The translations under genes were made by a program, and so were the position numbers. This document shows positions 18,927-27,793 of a DNA stretch of 32,706 nt, one piece after another; the first letter of the stretch is position 1, and every line of letters begins with the position of its first letter. The notes beneath the pieces were generated by a model that did no database searches, was not told the DNA's origin, and saw only the letters and a list, made by a program, of their open reading frames with translations. The stretch spans positions 1,787 to 34,492 of the forward strand of contig JBBFMG010000001.1 in NCBI GenBank assembly GCA_037478575.1. The letters are read 5' to 3'. This DNA comes from Burkholderiales bacterium. Its GTDB lineage: Bacteria > Pseudomonadota > Gammaproteobacteria > Burkholderiales > Thiobacteraceae.

Positions 18927-19370
18927 GGTCTTGTACGGCAGGAATTTCCCGCTCATTACGATCTTCACCCGATCGCCCTTGGGATCCGACTGGCGCTGGA
19001 TGTCCATGCTGAAGTCGATGGCGCTCATGATGCCGTCTCCGAATTCCTCGTGGATGAGCGCCTTGATGGTTGTGCCGTAAACCTGGATCAGCTCGTAGAA
19101 GCGGTAGATCAGCGGGTCGGTGGGCACGGCCGTGGGCAGCGAGCCCTTGTACGGCACCTCCTGCAGCTTCTCTACGGCCTCTGCCGGCAGATCCAGCAGC
19201 TTGCCGATGACGGTGGCCTGCTCCTTATCGAAAGTCATCTGGCCCATCAGGCCGGCGGTCGTCCATTCCTTACTCTGGCCGACCTCCTTAGCGATATCCG
19301 CAAAAGTCAGGCCTTTCTTCTTTTTGGCGGAAAGGATCATTTCGGTAACATCTGTGCGGTTCATGCTCAT
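18921..19370 (-). CDS. cynS: Cyanate hydratase (cyanase)
   Basis: PTDPLIYRFYE, IHEEFGDGIMSAIDF, GKFLPYK. Confidence 0.98.
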   Translation of the reverse strand: MSMNRTDVTEMILSAKKKKGLTFADIAKEVGQSKEWTTAGLMGQMTFDKEQATVIGKLLDLPAEAVEKLQEVPYKGSLPTAVPTDPLIYRFYELIQVYGTTIKALIHEEFGDGIMSAIDFSMDIQRQSDPKGDRVKIVMSGKFLPYKTY

Positions 19371-19413
19371 AGCTCCTTGCGTCTTGAATTTGGTTTGGAC
19401 TTGCTCTTTGGTT

Positions 19414-20346
19414 TCACTCGTTCACCAGGTGGAGGTTGGGTTTGGTCCCCCGCGGGGGCTCGGCCTCCGTGGCAGTCTCGCCCAGAGGCTTCTCGCTCAG
19501 GCCTGGCGTCACATGCGGCGGATTCATCGTGTCGTAGCCGGCTGTGGCTTCAGCGGTGAACTGTTTTGAGCGCGTCACCAGGAAATCCACCAGATGGTTA
19601 CGGATGCGATAGTACTGGGGGTCCTTGTGGATGGCGTGGCGGCTGCGCGGACGCGGCAGGGTGTTGACCACGATCTCGGCGATCTTCGCATTCGGCCCGT
19701 TGGTCATCAGGATCACCTTGTCGGAGAGCAATATCGCCTCGTCCACGTCGTGGGTGATCATGAACACGGTCTGGTGCGTCTCGGCCCAGATCTTCAGGAG
19801 CTCGTCCTGGATCACGCCGCGGGTCAGCGCATCCAGTGCGCCGAAAGGCTCGTCCATCAGCAGCATCTTCGGCTCGATGGAAAAGGCGCGCGCGATGCCC
19901 ACCCGCTGCTTCATGCCACCAGAAAGCTCAGCCGGCTTCTTGTGCTCGCTGCCGGTGAGACCGACTAGGTCGATGTACTTCTGGCAGTGGGTGCGCACGG
20001 CATCCCCCTTGATGTCCGGGTAGCGCGCCCTCACCGCGAACTCGATGTTCTTCCTCACCGACAGCCATGGCATGAGCGCGTGGCTTTGGAACACCACGCC
20101 GCGGTCCAGACTCGGCCCCTTTACTTCGCGCCCGTCCATGAGCACCACGCCGGAACTGGCCTCCTCCAGCCCTGCCAGTACATTGAGGAGCGTGGACTTA
20201 CCGCAGCCGGAGTGTCCGAGGAGGCAGACGAACTCACCCTTGGCTATGCCGAAGTTGATATTGTCGAATACGGTCAGGGCCTTGCCGCCGCGCGGAGCCG
20301 GATAGACCTTGCCCAACCGCTCTACCTTGAGAAAATCCTTGTGCAT
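19414..20346 (-). CDS. Cyanate/nitrate-type ABC transporter ATP-binding protein (CynD/NrtD-like)
   Basis: GHSGCGKST, LSGGMKQR, LLMDEPFGALD, ITHDVDEA, MTNGP. Confidence 0.93.
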   Translation of the reverse strand: MHKDFLKVERLGKVYPAPRGGKALTVFDNINFGIAKGEFVCLLGHSGCGKSTLLNVLAGLEEASSGVVLMDGREVKGPSLDRGVVFQSHALMPWLSVRKNIEFAVRARYPDIKGDAVRTHCQKYIDLVGLTGSEHKKPAELSGGMKQRVGIARAFSIEPKMLLMDEPFGALDALTRGVIQDELLKIWAETHQTVFMITHDVDEAILLSDKVILMTNGPNAKIAEIVVNTLPRPRSRHAIHKDPQYYRIRNHLVDFLVTRSKQFTAEATAGYDTMNPPHVTPGLSEKPLGETATEAEPPRGTKPNLHLVNE

Positions 20347-20355
20347 GTCGTTCCC

Positions 20356-21195
20356 CTATTCGCGGTAGGTCACCACCTTTTGCAGCGCGCCGAACACCAA
20401 GTCCAACACCACGCCTACCAGGCCGATCGTCAGAATCGCGAAAATCACGTTGGTGATTGACAGGTTGTTCCACTCGTTCCAGACGAAATAGCCAATCCCC
20501 GTGCCGCCCACCAGCATTTCGGCGGCCACGATTACCAGCCACGCGATGCCCATGGAGATGCGCATGCCGGTGACGATGGTGGGTGCGGCCGCCGGCAGGA
20601 TCACCTGCAGCGCCGTGCGCAGGGGACTCACTTCCAGCGTCTTGGCCACGTTCAGCCATTCCCGCTTGACCGATGCGACGCCGTAGGCCGTGTTGATCAA
20701 CATGGGCCACAGGGAGCAGATGAAGATCACGAAAATTGCCGACATGGACGAGTCCTTGATGGTGTACAGGGCCAGCGGCATCCACGCCAAGGGCGAGATA
20801 GGCTTAAGCAACTGCACGTAGGGGTTGAGCGCCTTCTGCATCACCGGCGACATGCCCATGAGGAAGCCGAGCGGAATGGCCACCAGCGCCCCGAGGAAAA
20901 AGCCGGTCAGCACACGCGCCAGGGAGTAGGAAAGCTGGATGCCGATACCCTTGTCGTTAGGGCCATTGTCGTAGAACGGATCGGATATCTGCTCAACGAA
21001 GGTTTTGCCCACCTGCGATGGCGTCGGCATGCGCGCCTGATGCTGGCCTCCTCCCATGAGCGCCGCGTATTCGGCGCTGACACCGGCTTTCGGCGTGGCC
21101 GCCTTGGACAGGGTGGCGATGTGCCAGCCTAGCAGTAACACCGCCAACAGCAGCAGCGAGACGATGCCCGCCTTGAGATTGAGGGATCTGTCCAT
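20356..21195 (-). CDS. Cyanate/nitrate-type ABC transporter permease (CynB/NrtB-like)
   Basis: PFYDNGPNDKGIG, PISPLAWMP, WLVIVAAEML, IGYFVWNEWNN. Confidence 0.93.
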   Translation of the reverse strand: MDRSLNLKAGIVSLLLLAVLLLGWHIATLSKAATPKAGVSAEYAALMGGGQHQARMPTPSQVGKTFVEQISDPFYDNGPNDKGIGIQLSYSLARVLTGFFLGALVAIPLGFLMGMSPVMQKALNPYVQLLKPISPLAWMPLALYTIKDSSMSAIFVIFICSLWPMLINTAYGVASVKREWLNVAKTLEVSPLRTALQVILPAAAPTIVTGMRISMGIAWLVIVAAEMLVGGTGIGYFVWNEWNNLSITNVIFAILTIGLVGVVLDLVFGALQKVVTYRE

Positions 21196-21197
21196 AA

Positions 21198-22556
21198 TTA
21201 CACCCTTCGGATCGCAAAGGATTTGAGGTACTCCTCGGGCTTGGCCGGATCGAACACCTTACCCATGATGATGTGCTTGGCGTAGTTCTCCTTCGGCGCC
21301 ATCAGCCCCAGCTCGGCCATGCGCCTGCGCGCATCGGTGGCCTTGAACACCTCTTCTGCGACTTGCTTGTAGTTGACGTCGCCCTTGATGTAGCCCCAGC
21401 GCTTCATCTGGGTGAGGATCCACATTGCCATCGACTGCCACGGGAAGGGATCGAAATCCACCCGGTCTGGCACGTTGCGCACCTGGCCCAGGCCGTCGGC
21501 GAACTTGCCGCTCATGACCTGCTCCAGTACCGGAATCGGCTGGTTGAGATAGTTCGCCGGCGCAATCGCCTTGATGATCTCCGCGCGATTCTCCGGCTTG
21601 TGCGCGTAGTCGGTGGCACTGGCGATAGCCCGGAACAGGGCGGCGAAGGTGTTCGGATAAGTCTTGTAGAAGCCTTCCTGCACGCCGAACGCGCAGCACG
21701 GATGGCCGTCCCAGATGTCGCGCGACAGGGTGTGGATGAAGCCAACCTCCTCGAACACCGCGCGCTGGTTGAAGGGCTCGGGGCCGAGGAAGCCGTCGAT
21801 GTTGCCGGCGCGCAGATTGGCCACCATGTCCGGCGGCGGCAGGATGCGGATCTCGATGTCCTTGTCCGGATCCAGGCCATGCTCGGCGACGAAATAGCGG
21901 AGCAGCAGATTATGGATGGAGTAGTCGAAGGGAATGCCGAATTTCATGCCCTTCCACGACTTGGGATCCATCTTGCCCTTGTGCTTTAGGTGCAGGGTGA
22001 TAGCCTGGCCGTTGATGTTCTGGATCGAGGCCACGTCCACGGCCTGCGGTGCCGAACCCACGCCCATAGACATTGCCAGCGGCATGGGGGAGAGCATGTG
22101 CGAGGCGTCGTATTCCTTGTTTATCACCTTGTCGCGCACCACGGCCCAGCCCGCGGTCTTGATCAGGGAGACATTCAGGCCCTCGCGTGCGTAGAAGCCC
22201 ATGGGCCCGGCCATGATCAGCGGCGTGGCACAGGTGATCGGCACGAAGCCGATCTTCAGATCCTTCTTCTCCGGCGGCGCCTTGTCGGCCGCCAATGCGG
22301 TGGCGGCCCCAAGCGGGAACAGGCTCGAAATCGCGGCGAAGGCCGTCCCTGCGCCGACTGCACGCAAGAAATTCCGGCGCGTCTGGTCCCTCGGGAACAA
22401 GGCGCGCATCACCGCCTGCTCCACCAGCCGGCCCAGGCGCTGCTCTTCTTCCTGCATGGTGGCACGGTCGTGCTCATCGGCGGAAGCATGCCGCCCGCAG
22501 CTGCAGCCGCCGGCGAGTTTTACCTCGGGGTCAAACGGATTGTCGAATGCGGACAT
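21198..22556 (-). CDS. CmpA/NrtA-family substrate-binding protein (CynA-like)
   Basis: Twin-arginine TRRNFL, KIGFVPITCATP, PEPFNQRAV, WDGHPCC, FDPFPW; co-transcribed with cynS. Confidence 0.92.
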   Translation of the reverse strand: MSAFDNPFDPEVKLAGGCSCGRHASADEHDRATMQEEEQRLGRLVEQAVMRALFPRDQTRRNFLRAVGAGTAFAAISSLFPLGAATALAADKAPPEKKDLKIGFVPITCATPLIMAGPMGFYAREGLNVSLIKTAGWAVVRDKVINKEYDASHMLSPMPLAMSMGVGSAPQAVDVASIQNINGQAITLHLKHKGKMDPKSWKGMKFGIPFDYSIHNLLLRYFVAEHGLDPDKDIEIRILPPPDMVANLRAGNIDGFLGPEPFNQRAVFEEVGFIHTLSRDIWDGHPCCAFGVQEGFYKTYPNTFAALFRAIASATDYAHKPENRAEIIKAIAPANYLNQPIPVLEQVMSGKFADGLGQVRNVPDRVDFDPFPWQSMAMWILTQMKRWGYIKGDVNYKQVAEEVFKATDARRRMAELGLMAPKENYAKHIIMGKVFDPAKPEEYLKSFAIRRV

Positions 22557-22622
22557 AGTCAGGTCCTTTCACAGAGCTGTTTGAAGTTGGCGCAAGACTT
22601 CGGCGCCTCTGCCCAGCTGCCA

Positions 22623-22639
22623 AGCACGTTCCATGCCAA
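22623..22639 (-). promoter_or_regulatory. sigma54 (-24/-12) promoter of the cyn operon
   Basis: Minus strand TTGGCATGGAACGTGCT: GG-N10-GC spacing, about 65 bp upstream of the start codon. Confidence 0.75.
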
Positions 22640-22736
22640 TTTGTTCGATGTAGTAGGAAGTTGTTAACAATCCGAGTGTTGCCCGCCGAGGCCCGACACT
22701 GGCCTTCCCAGCGCCCTGCAGGTGTTGACTTAGCTG

Positions 22737-22773
22737 CGCACTGTTTTGGTGCTCCTGTGCCCGAAATGGTGCG
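22737..22773. promoter_or_regulatory. Tandem NtrC-box-like sites
   Basis: CGCACTGTTTTGGTGCT (GCAC-N7-GTGC, 22737-22753) and a weaker GTGCCCGAAATGGTGCG (22757-22773), 100-135 bp upstream of the sigma54 promoter. Confidence 0.6.
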
Positions 22774-22876
22774 CGGTAGCGTCTGTTTAAGCGATCCGAC
22801 CTCCACGCCGGCGTTGCGTCATACTATTTGCATCTCGTCTGTAAACATCATGAACGCATGACGGAGTACCGTTCCC

Positions 22877-24460
22877 GTGCCAGCGCGCAAGAAATCCGCC
22901 TCTCCCCCTCTCGCTCCCGCTGAACAACTCAAGGATGCCGAACTGCTGGTCTTGCGCGAAATTGGCAAGCTCATGGGCCGCAGCCTGGACGAGGGTTTGG
23001 TGATGCGCGAGATCTTGCACCTGCTCTCGGAATTCCTGGGCCTAAATCGCGGCCGCATCGTGGTGCCGGACGGCGACACCGGCGAGTACTGCATCAAGTA
23101 CGCCTACGGCCTCACCGCACAAGAGATCCGCCGCGGCCGCTACAAGGAAGGCGAGGGCGTGACCGGCCACGTGATACGCAGCGGGGAGACGGTAGTCGTG
23201 CAGGATATCGACAGCGATCCACGCTTTCTCGCGCGGGCGGTAGAACGCGCGACACTGCCCAAAGAAACGGTCTCGTTTATCGCGCTACCGATTCGGCAGG
23301 AGGAGCGCATCGTCGGCATGCTGGGCGTGCACCGCCTGCGTCGCGGTCGACGCGCCCTAGCAGACGACCTTCAGCTGCTCCGGATCGTCGCCGCCTGGAT
23401 CGGGCAGATCATGCGCCTTAATCAGCTAGTCAAAGAGCGCACGGCGCGCCTGGAGCAGGAGAATCGCGAACTGAAATATGCCCTGGAGCACAGCTCCGTC
23501 GGCTACGCTACCTTTGGCATCGTCGGCGAATCGCCGCTCCTGCACCGAGCGCTGCAGCAGCTCAAGCAGGTAGCCGCCACAGACGCGACGGTGCTGCTAA
23601 CGGGAGAATCGGGCACGGGGAAAGAACTGTTTGCGCGTGCGCTCCACCTCGCGAGCCCGCGGCGCGACCAGCCCTTCGTCAAGGTCAACTGCGGCGCGAT
23701 CCCGGAGAACCTGTTCGAGTCTGAGCTGTTCGGCCACGAAAAGGGCGCCTTCACCGGGGCCAGCGCCGCGCGCGCCGGCTATTTCGAGCAAGCGCAGGGT
23801 GGCACCATTTTCCTGGACGAGGTAGGCGAGTTGCCGCTTGCAATGCAGGTCAAGCTGCTGCGCGTGCTGCAGGAGGGCGTGGTGCGACGCCTGGGCGGAC
23901 GCAAGGAGATTCCGGTCAGCGTGCGCATTGTCGCCGCCACCAACCAGGATCTGCAGAACCTGGTGGCGCAGGGGAGATTTCGCCTCGACTTGTTCTATCG
24001 CCTCAATGTCATTCCCATCCGGCTGCCTTCGCTGCGCGAGCGGCGCGAGGACGTGCGCGCCTTGGTGCGCTATCACCTGAACCAGATCAACCAGCTCTAT
24101 CAGCGCAGCGTCAGCCTGGCGCCGGAGGCGCTGGAGCGGCTGGCCGCCTATGCCTGGCCGGGCAACATCCGCCAGCTGCGCAATGTGCTGGAGCGGCTGG
24201 TGCTGCTTGCCGGTGCCCAGGTGGTCCACGCCGAGGAAGTCGAGGAGGTGCTGGCAGCGGAGCAGTCGCTGTTGCCAGCGGTCGCTGCGTCCCTGCCGTC
24301 GGTCGGCGTGCGAACCTACCAGCCGGTCCAATGGCACGAGCGCCAGCAGATCGAGCGCGCCCTGGCGGAGACTCAGGGCAACAAGTCGCGGGCGGCTCAG
24401 CTACTGGGCCTGACGCTGCGCCAGCTCAACTATCGTATCAAGGTTCTCGGTCTCGACTGA
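22877..24460 (+). CDS. GAF-AAA+-Fis sigma54-dependent activator (NifA-like architecture, CynF-like context)
   Basis: GAF (GEGVTG), [39 protein letters not shown]-terminal [14 protein letters not shown]. Confidence 0.93.
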   Translation: MPARKKSASPPLAPAEQLKDAELLVLREIGKLMGRSLDEGLVMREILHLLSEFLGLNRGRIVVPDGDTGEYCIKYAYGLTAQEIRRGRYKEGEGVTGHVIRSGETVVVQDIDSDPRFLARAVERATLPKETVSFIALPIRQEERIVGMLGVHRLRRGRRALADDLQLLRIVAAWIGQIMRLNQLVKERTARLEQENRELKYALEHSSVGYATFGIVGESPLLHRALQQLKQVAATDATVLLTGESGTGKELFARALHLASPRRDQPFVKVNCGAIPENLFESELFGHEKGAFTGASAARAGYFEQAQGGTIFLDEVGELPLAMQVKLLRVLQEGVVRRLGGRKEIPVSVRIVAATNQDLQNLVAQGRFRLDLFYRLNVIPIRLPSLRERREDVRALVRYHLNQINQLYQRSVSLAPEALERLAAYAWPGNIRQLRNVLERLVLLAGAQVVHAEEVEEVLAAEQSLLPAVAASLPSVGVRTYQPVQWHERQQIERALAETQGNKSRAAQLLGLTLRQLNYRIKVLGLD

Positions 24461-24574
24461 AGCCGGCACGAAGTGTTAACAATCTGCTGACCAAGCCGGC
24501 GGCATATCTGCCGCTCGGTTCCGCTTCGACGCGGTAAGCATTTGCATTAGCGTCGATTTTTTTCCCCATCGACT

Positions 24575-24591
24575 CTGGCACGGCAGTTGCA
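24575..24591 (+). promoter_or_regulatory. sigma54 (-24/-12) promoter of the OsmC/ACAD/DUF302/rubredoxin operon
   Basis: CTGGCACGGCAGTTGCA, near-perfect TGGCAC-N5-TTGCA consensus, 60 bp before the ATG at 24651. Confidence 0.88.
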
Positions 24592-24650
24592 ATATGGAAG
24601 GTGTCCTTTAAGGACCATCGTTTCCGCAACCATTGCAAAGGAGTCACTTC

Positions 24651-25193
24651 ATGTCCGAAGCCGCCGTTCTCAAGCTGCAAACCCCGCTCGCCCCAATCGA
24701 CAAGCAGGGTCTCGCCGGCCTTGCCGAAAAGGGCAAGGCCAATCCGCAGGCGGTCGTCACCCTTAAGGCCAAGACCGTGTGCGAAGGCAAATTTCGCAAT
24801 CTGAACTTCATCCGCACCCTCCCTGCCCACGTGATCGACGAGCCTCCGCACCTGCTCGGCGACGATACCGCACCCAACCCGTCCGAGGCCGTGCTGGCGG
24901 CGCTTGGCTCCTGCCTCTCGGTGGGGCTGCACGCCAATGCCGTTGCGCGTGGCATCCAGCTCACCAAGCTGGAGCTGGAGCTGGAAGGCGATATCAACGT
25001 GACCGCTGTGTGGGGCGTGGGCGACCTGGACCCGGCCAAACCGCTTGGCTTCACTGCCGTGCGCGTGAAGGTCCATCTGGAAGGCGACGCCAGCCCTGCC
25101 GAGCTCGAAGATCTGGTCAAACACTCCAATACCTGGTCGCCGGTAGCCAACACCCTGCGCAATCCTGTGAACGTGGAAGTGAAGCTGGGTTGA
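24651..25193 (+). CDS. OsmC/Ohr family protein
   Basis: IDEPPHLLGDDTAPNPSEAVLAALGSC...SPVANTLRNPV; AAGGAG RBS. Confidence 0.9.
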   Translation: MSEAAVLKLQTPLAPIDKQGLAGLAEKGKANPQAVVTLKAKTVCEGKFRNLNFIRTLPAHVIDEPPHLLGDDTAPNPSEAVLAALGSCLSVGLHANAVARGIQLTKLELELEGDINVTAVWGVGDLDPAKPLGFTAVRVKVHLEGDASPAELEDLVKHSNTWSPVANTLRNPVNVEVKLG

Positions 25194-25239
25194 ACTGTCG
25201 TTGCGCCATGCCGTTCCGGCATGGCGCCCATAGGAAGGA

Positions 25240-26394
25240 ATGATCATGCAGGCAAAAGCACGCACTTCCCGCCCCCCGCTCGGGGCGGAAGCATTACCCG
25301 GACTGGGCGAGCTTATCCGCACCGAGCTCGCGCCCAAGACCGCCGACATCGATCTCAATGGCGAGTATCCCGCAGCCTTCATGCGCCGCCTCGGCGAGCT
25401 GGGCGGCTTTGCCGGCGCCGTGTCGCTTGCCCACGGCGGCCAGGGTGCCGGCCTGTCCCAGGTGATTCGCGTCATCAGCCAGATATCCGAGGAATGCATG
25501 TCCACCGGCTTCCTCGTCTGGTGCCAGACCGCCTGCGCCTGGTATCTGGAAAACACCGTCAACGACGCGCTGCGTGCGCGCATGCTGCCGCTGGTGGCCT
25601 CTGGAAAAGTGCTCGCCGGCACCGGCCTGTCCAACCCCATGAAGGCCTGCGCCGCCATTGAGGAAGTGCGGCTCAAGGCCGAGCGCGTCAATGGCGGATA
25701 CCGCATCAACGGCACCCTGCCCTGGGTGTCCAACATCGGCCCCGGCCATGTGTTCGCCTGCGGCGCCGGCGTGGCGGGCGAGCCCGGGCTGCTGGTGAGC
25801 CTGGTGTCCTGCGACGCGCCCGGCATGACGCTCAACCAGAATGCGCACTTCGTCGCGCTAGAAGGCAGCAACACATTCGCCTGCCAGTTTCGGAATGTAT
25901 TCGTCGCTGACGCCGACGTGATCGCGCATCCGCGCGAATTTGTCGGGTTCGTCACGCGCATTAAGGCCGGCTTCATCCTGGCGCAGATGGGGATGGGGGT
26001 GGGGCTGGTCAGGGCTTGTGTGGAGATGATGGTGCAGTCCAACAAAACCCTGGCCCATGTCAACCGCTTCATCGACGACCAGGCAGAGGACATCGAACAG
26101 GAGCTTACCCGCGTTGAGTGTCTCACCTACGCCCTGGCCGACGCAGCCTACGCCCAGCGCGACGACGCGCGCCTGCGCGAAGTGCTGGAGCTGCGCATCG
26201 CCGGCTCCGAGCTGGCGCTCAGGGCCGCCAGTGCGGCCATGCTGCACTTGGGGGCCAAGGGCTACCTGCTACGCAACCCGGCCCAGCGCCGGCTGCGCGA
26301 GGCCTACTTCATCGCCATCGTCACACCCGCCATCAAGCATCTGAAGAAAGAGCTGTACGACATGGAGCACGCCAGCGTCTGCTGCGCGGCGTGA
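25240..26394 (+). CDS. Acyl-CoA dehydrogenase-fold flavoprotein, atypical
   Basis: GGYRING-LPWVSN, LHLGAKGY, QRRLREA; lacks the usual IYEGT catalytic Glu; C-terminal CCAA. Confidence 0.85.
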   Translation: MIMQAKARTSRPPLGAEALPGLGELIRTELAPKTADIDLNGEYPAAFMRRLGELGGFAGAVSLAHGGQGAGLSQVIRVISQISEECMSTGFLVWCQTACAWYLENTVNDALRARMLPLVASGKVLAGTGLSNPMKACAAIEEVRLKAERVNGGYRINGTLPWVSNIGPGHVFACGAGVAGEPGLLVSLVSCDAPGMTLNQNAHFVALEGSNTFACQFRNVFVADADVIAHPREFVGFVTRIKAGFILAQMGMGVGLVRACVEMMVQSNKTLAHVNRFIDDQAEDIEQELTRVECLTYALADAAYAQRDDARLREVLELRIAGSELALRAASAAMLHLGAKGYLLRNPAQRRLREAYFIAIVTPAIKHLKKELYDMEHASVCCAA

Positions 26395-26423
26395 TGTAAG
26401 CGACTCAAACAGGAAAGAAGCCA

Positions 26424-26825
26424 ATGAAAACATTCACCGTCAAACTCGATGTGAACAAGACCGTCAGCCGCCTGAGCGAAGCCGTGGCGGACTTCCCCAT
26501 GGGCCTGGTGGCCCACATCAATGGCCAGGCCAACTGCGCCAAGCGCGGCGTGCAGGTGCCGGCCGACCAGATCCTGGAAGTCTTCCGCCCGGATTTCGCG
26601 GTGCGGGTATGGAAGGCGGAAAAGGCGGCCGGCATCGACATCCCGCTGCGCATCCACTGCTACGATGCCGGCAACGGCCACACTACCGTGGCGTTCCGCA
26701 CAGCGCAGGAAGTCTTCGCCCCCTACGCCAACCCGGACCTCGACAAGATCGGGCATGAACTCGATGTCATCTTCAACGAGCTGCTGAACACCCTGCAGCC
26801 CTACCTCGCGAAGGAGGCCGCATGA
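26424..26825 (+). CDS. DUF302-like protein
   Basis: [26 protein letters not shown] pattern; AGGAAAG upstream; stop overlaps the rubredoxin ATG. Confidence 0.75.
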   Translation: MKTFTVKLDVNKTVSRLSEAVADFPMGLVAHINGQANCAKRGVQVPADQILEVFRPDFAVRVWKAEKAAGIDIPLRIHCYDAGNGHTTVAFRTAQEVFAPYANPDLDKIGHELDVIFNELLNTLQPYLAKEAA

Positions 26826-27016
26826 CGACCGCAACGGCAACGCAGGTGGCCTACCGCCGCTGGATGTGCATGGTCTGCGACTATGTGTACGACGAGGCCC
26901 TGGGCGATCCGGAGCACGGCCTCGCGCCGGGCACCCGCTTCGAGGACATTCCGGACGATTGGGTCTGCCCGGATTGCGGGGTCGGTAAGGACGACTTCGG
27001 CCTGCTCGACGAATAA
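26822..27016 (+). CDS. Rubredoxin
   Basis: [39 protein letters not shown]; AAGGAGG RBS. Confidence 0.96.
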   Translation: MTTATATQVAYRRWMCMVCDYVYDEALGDPEHGLAPGTRFEDIPDDWVCPDCGVGKDDFGLLDE

Positions 27017-27025
27017 TGTGGCCGG

Positions 27026-27621
27026 TCAACGCACCCCGACCAGGGTGCGGTTGTTGGCCGGCATCGCGACGTCCCCCACCAGGCGCAGGCCCTGCGCCCG
27101 CGCCAGCGCGTCCACCGCCTCGAAGTCGCGAATACCGGATAGTGGGTCGCGGTTCTTCAGCCAGCCGTCGAAGTTGCGGTTGGAATCGGACGTGTAGGCG
27201 CCGCCGTAGTTGAACGGACCATACGCCGGGAGCCTGCCGCCCGGCCCGAGCACCCCGCAGATGAAGTCGAAGGCCCGCTCCACCGCCGCCCAGCTCATGA
27301 TGTGCAGGGTATTGGCGCTGAAGATGCATCGAATTTTCGTTGCGGCCACGTGTCGGCGCGGAGCATATCTTGCTCCAGCGGCGGCAGCACGTTGGCCAGC
27401 ACCGCCTCTTTAAGCCAGAGCCGGATGCCTTCATAGTTGGCCGCGAGGTCTGCAGTCTGCCAGCTGAGGTGCGGCAACTGCGCCGCGAAGTACACGGCAT
27501 GCTGAGGGGCGCCACTGCCGATCTCCAGCACCCGGCGCGCGGCGGCAAAATGCTCGCGCAGCACGGCGAGGATGGGTTCCTTGTTGCGTTCGCAGGATTC
27601 CGAGAAAGATTTGGGATTTTG
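27026..27621 (-). pseudogene. DUF938-family SAM methyltransferase pseudogene
   Basis: SCERNKEPILAVL, VLEIGSG-QHAVYFA, then a 1-nt frameshift near 27325 to FSANTLHIMSW, YGPFNYGG-TSDSN-FD-WL, MPANN; no start codon at the expected position. Confidence 0.85.
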
Positions 27622-27632
27622 ACAGCTCGCTG

Positions 27633-27736
27633 ACCACGGGGAGTACGGGGAAAGCGTTTCGCTGGGCTTGAACCCACGTGGCTGGCGATTTTCGAACCTC
27701 CACGGTTTCCCCCGTCTGCCCCGTGTCCCCGTGCTT
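27633..27736. repeat. Imperfect inverted repeat of CACGGGG/CCCCGTG modules
   Basis: ACCACGGGGAGTACGGGGAAA (27633-27653) versus TTTCCCCCGTCTGCCCCGTGTCCCCGTGCTT (27706-27736). Confidence 0.55.
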
Positions 27737-27793
27737 AACCAACTCCTCTTGCGCGGTTGGACGCACCATCGAACGCGCAGGTAGAATCAGCGG

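Noticed and set aside
19414-22556. Nitrate assimilation transporter (nrtABD/nasFED)
   Set aside because: Same family, but it is co-transcribed with cynS and no nitrate or nitrite reductase is adjacent; substrate specificity is still unproven.
22877-24460. nifA and nitrogen fixation
   Set aside because: Only the domain architecture is shared; there are no nif genes and I found no clear TGT-N10-ACA sites; the context is cyanate metabolism.
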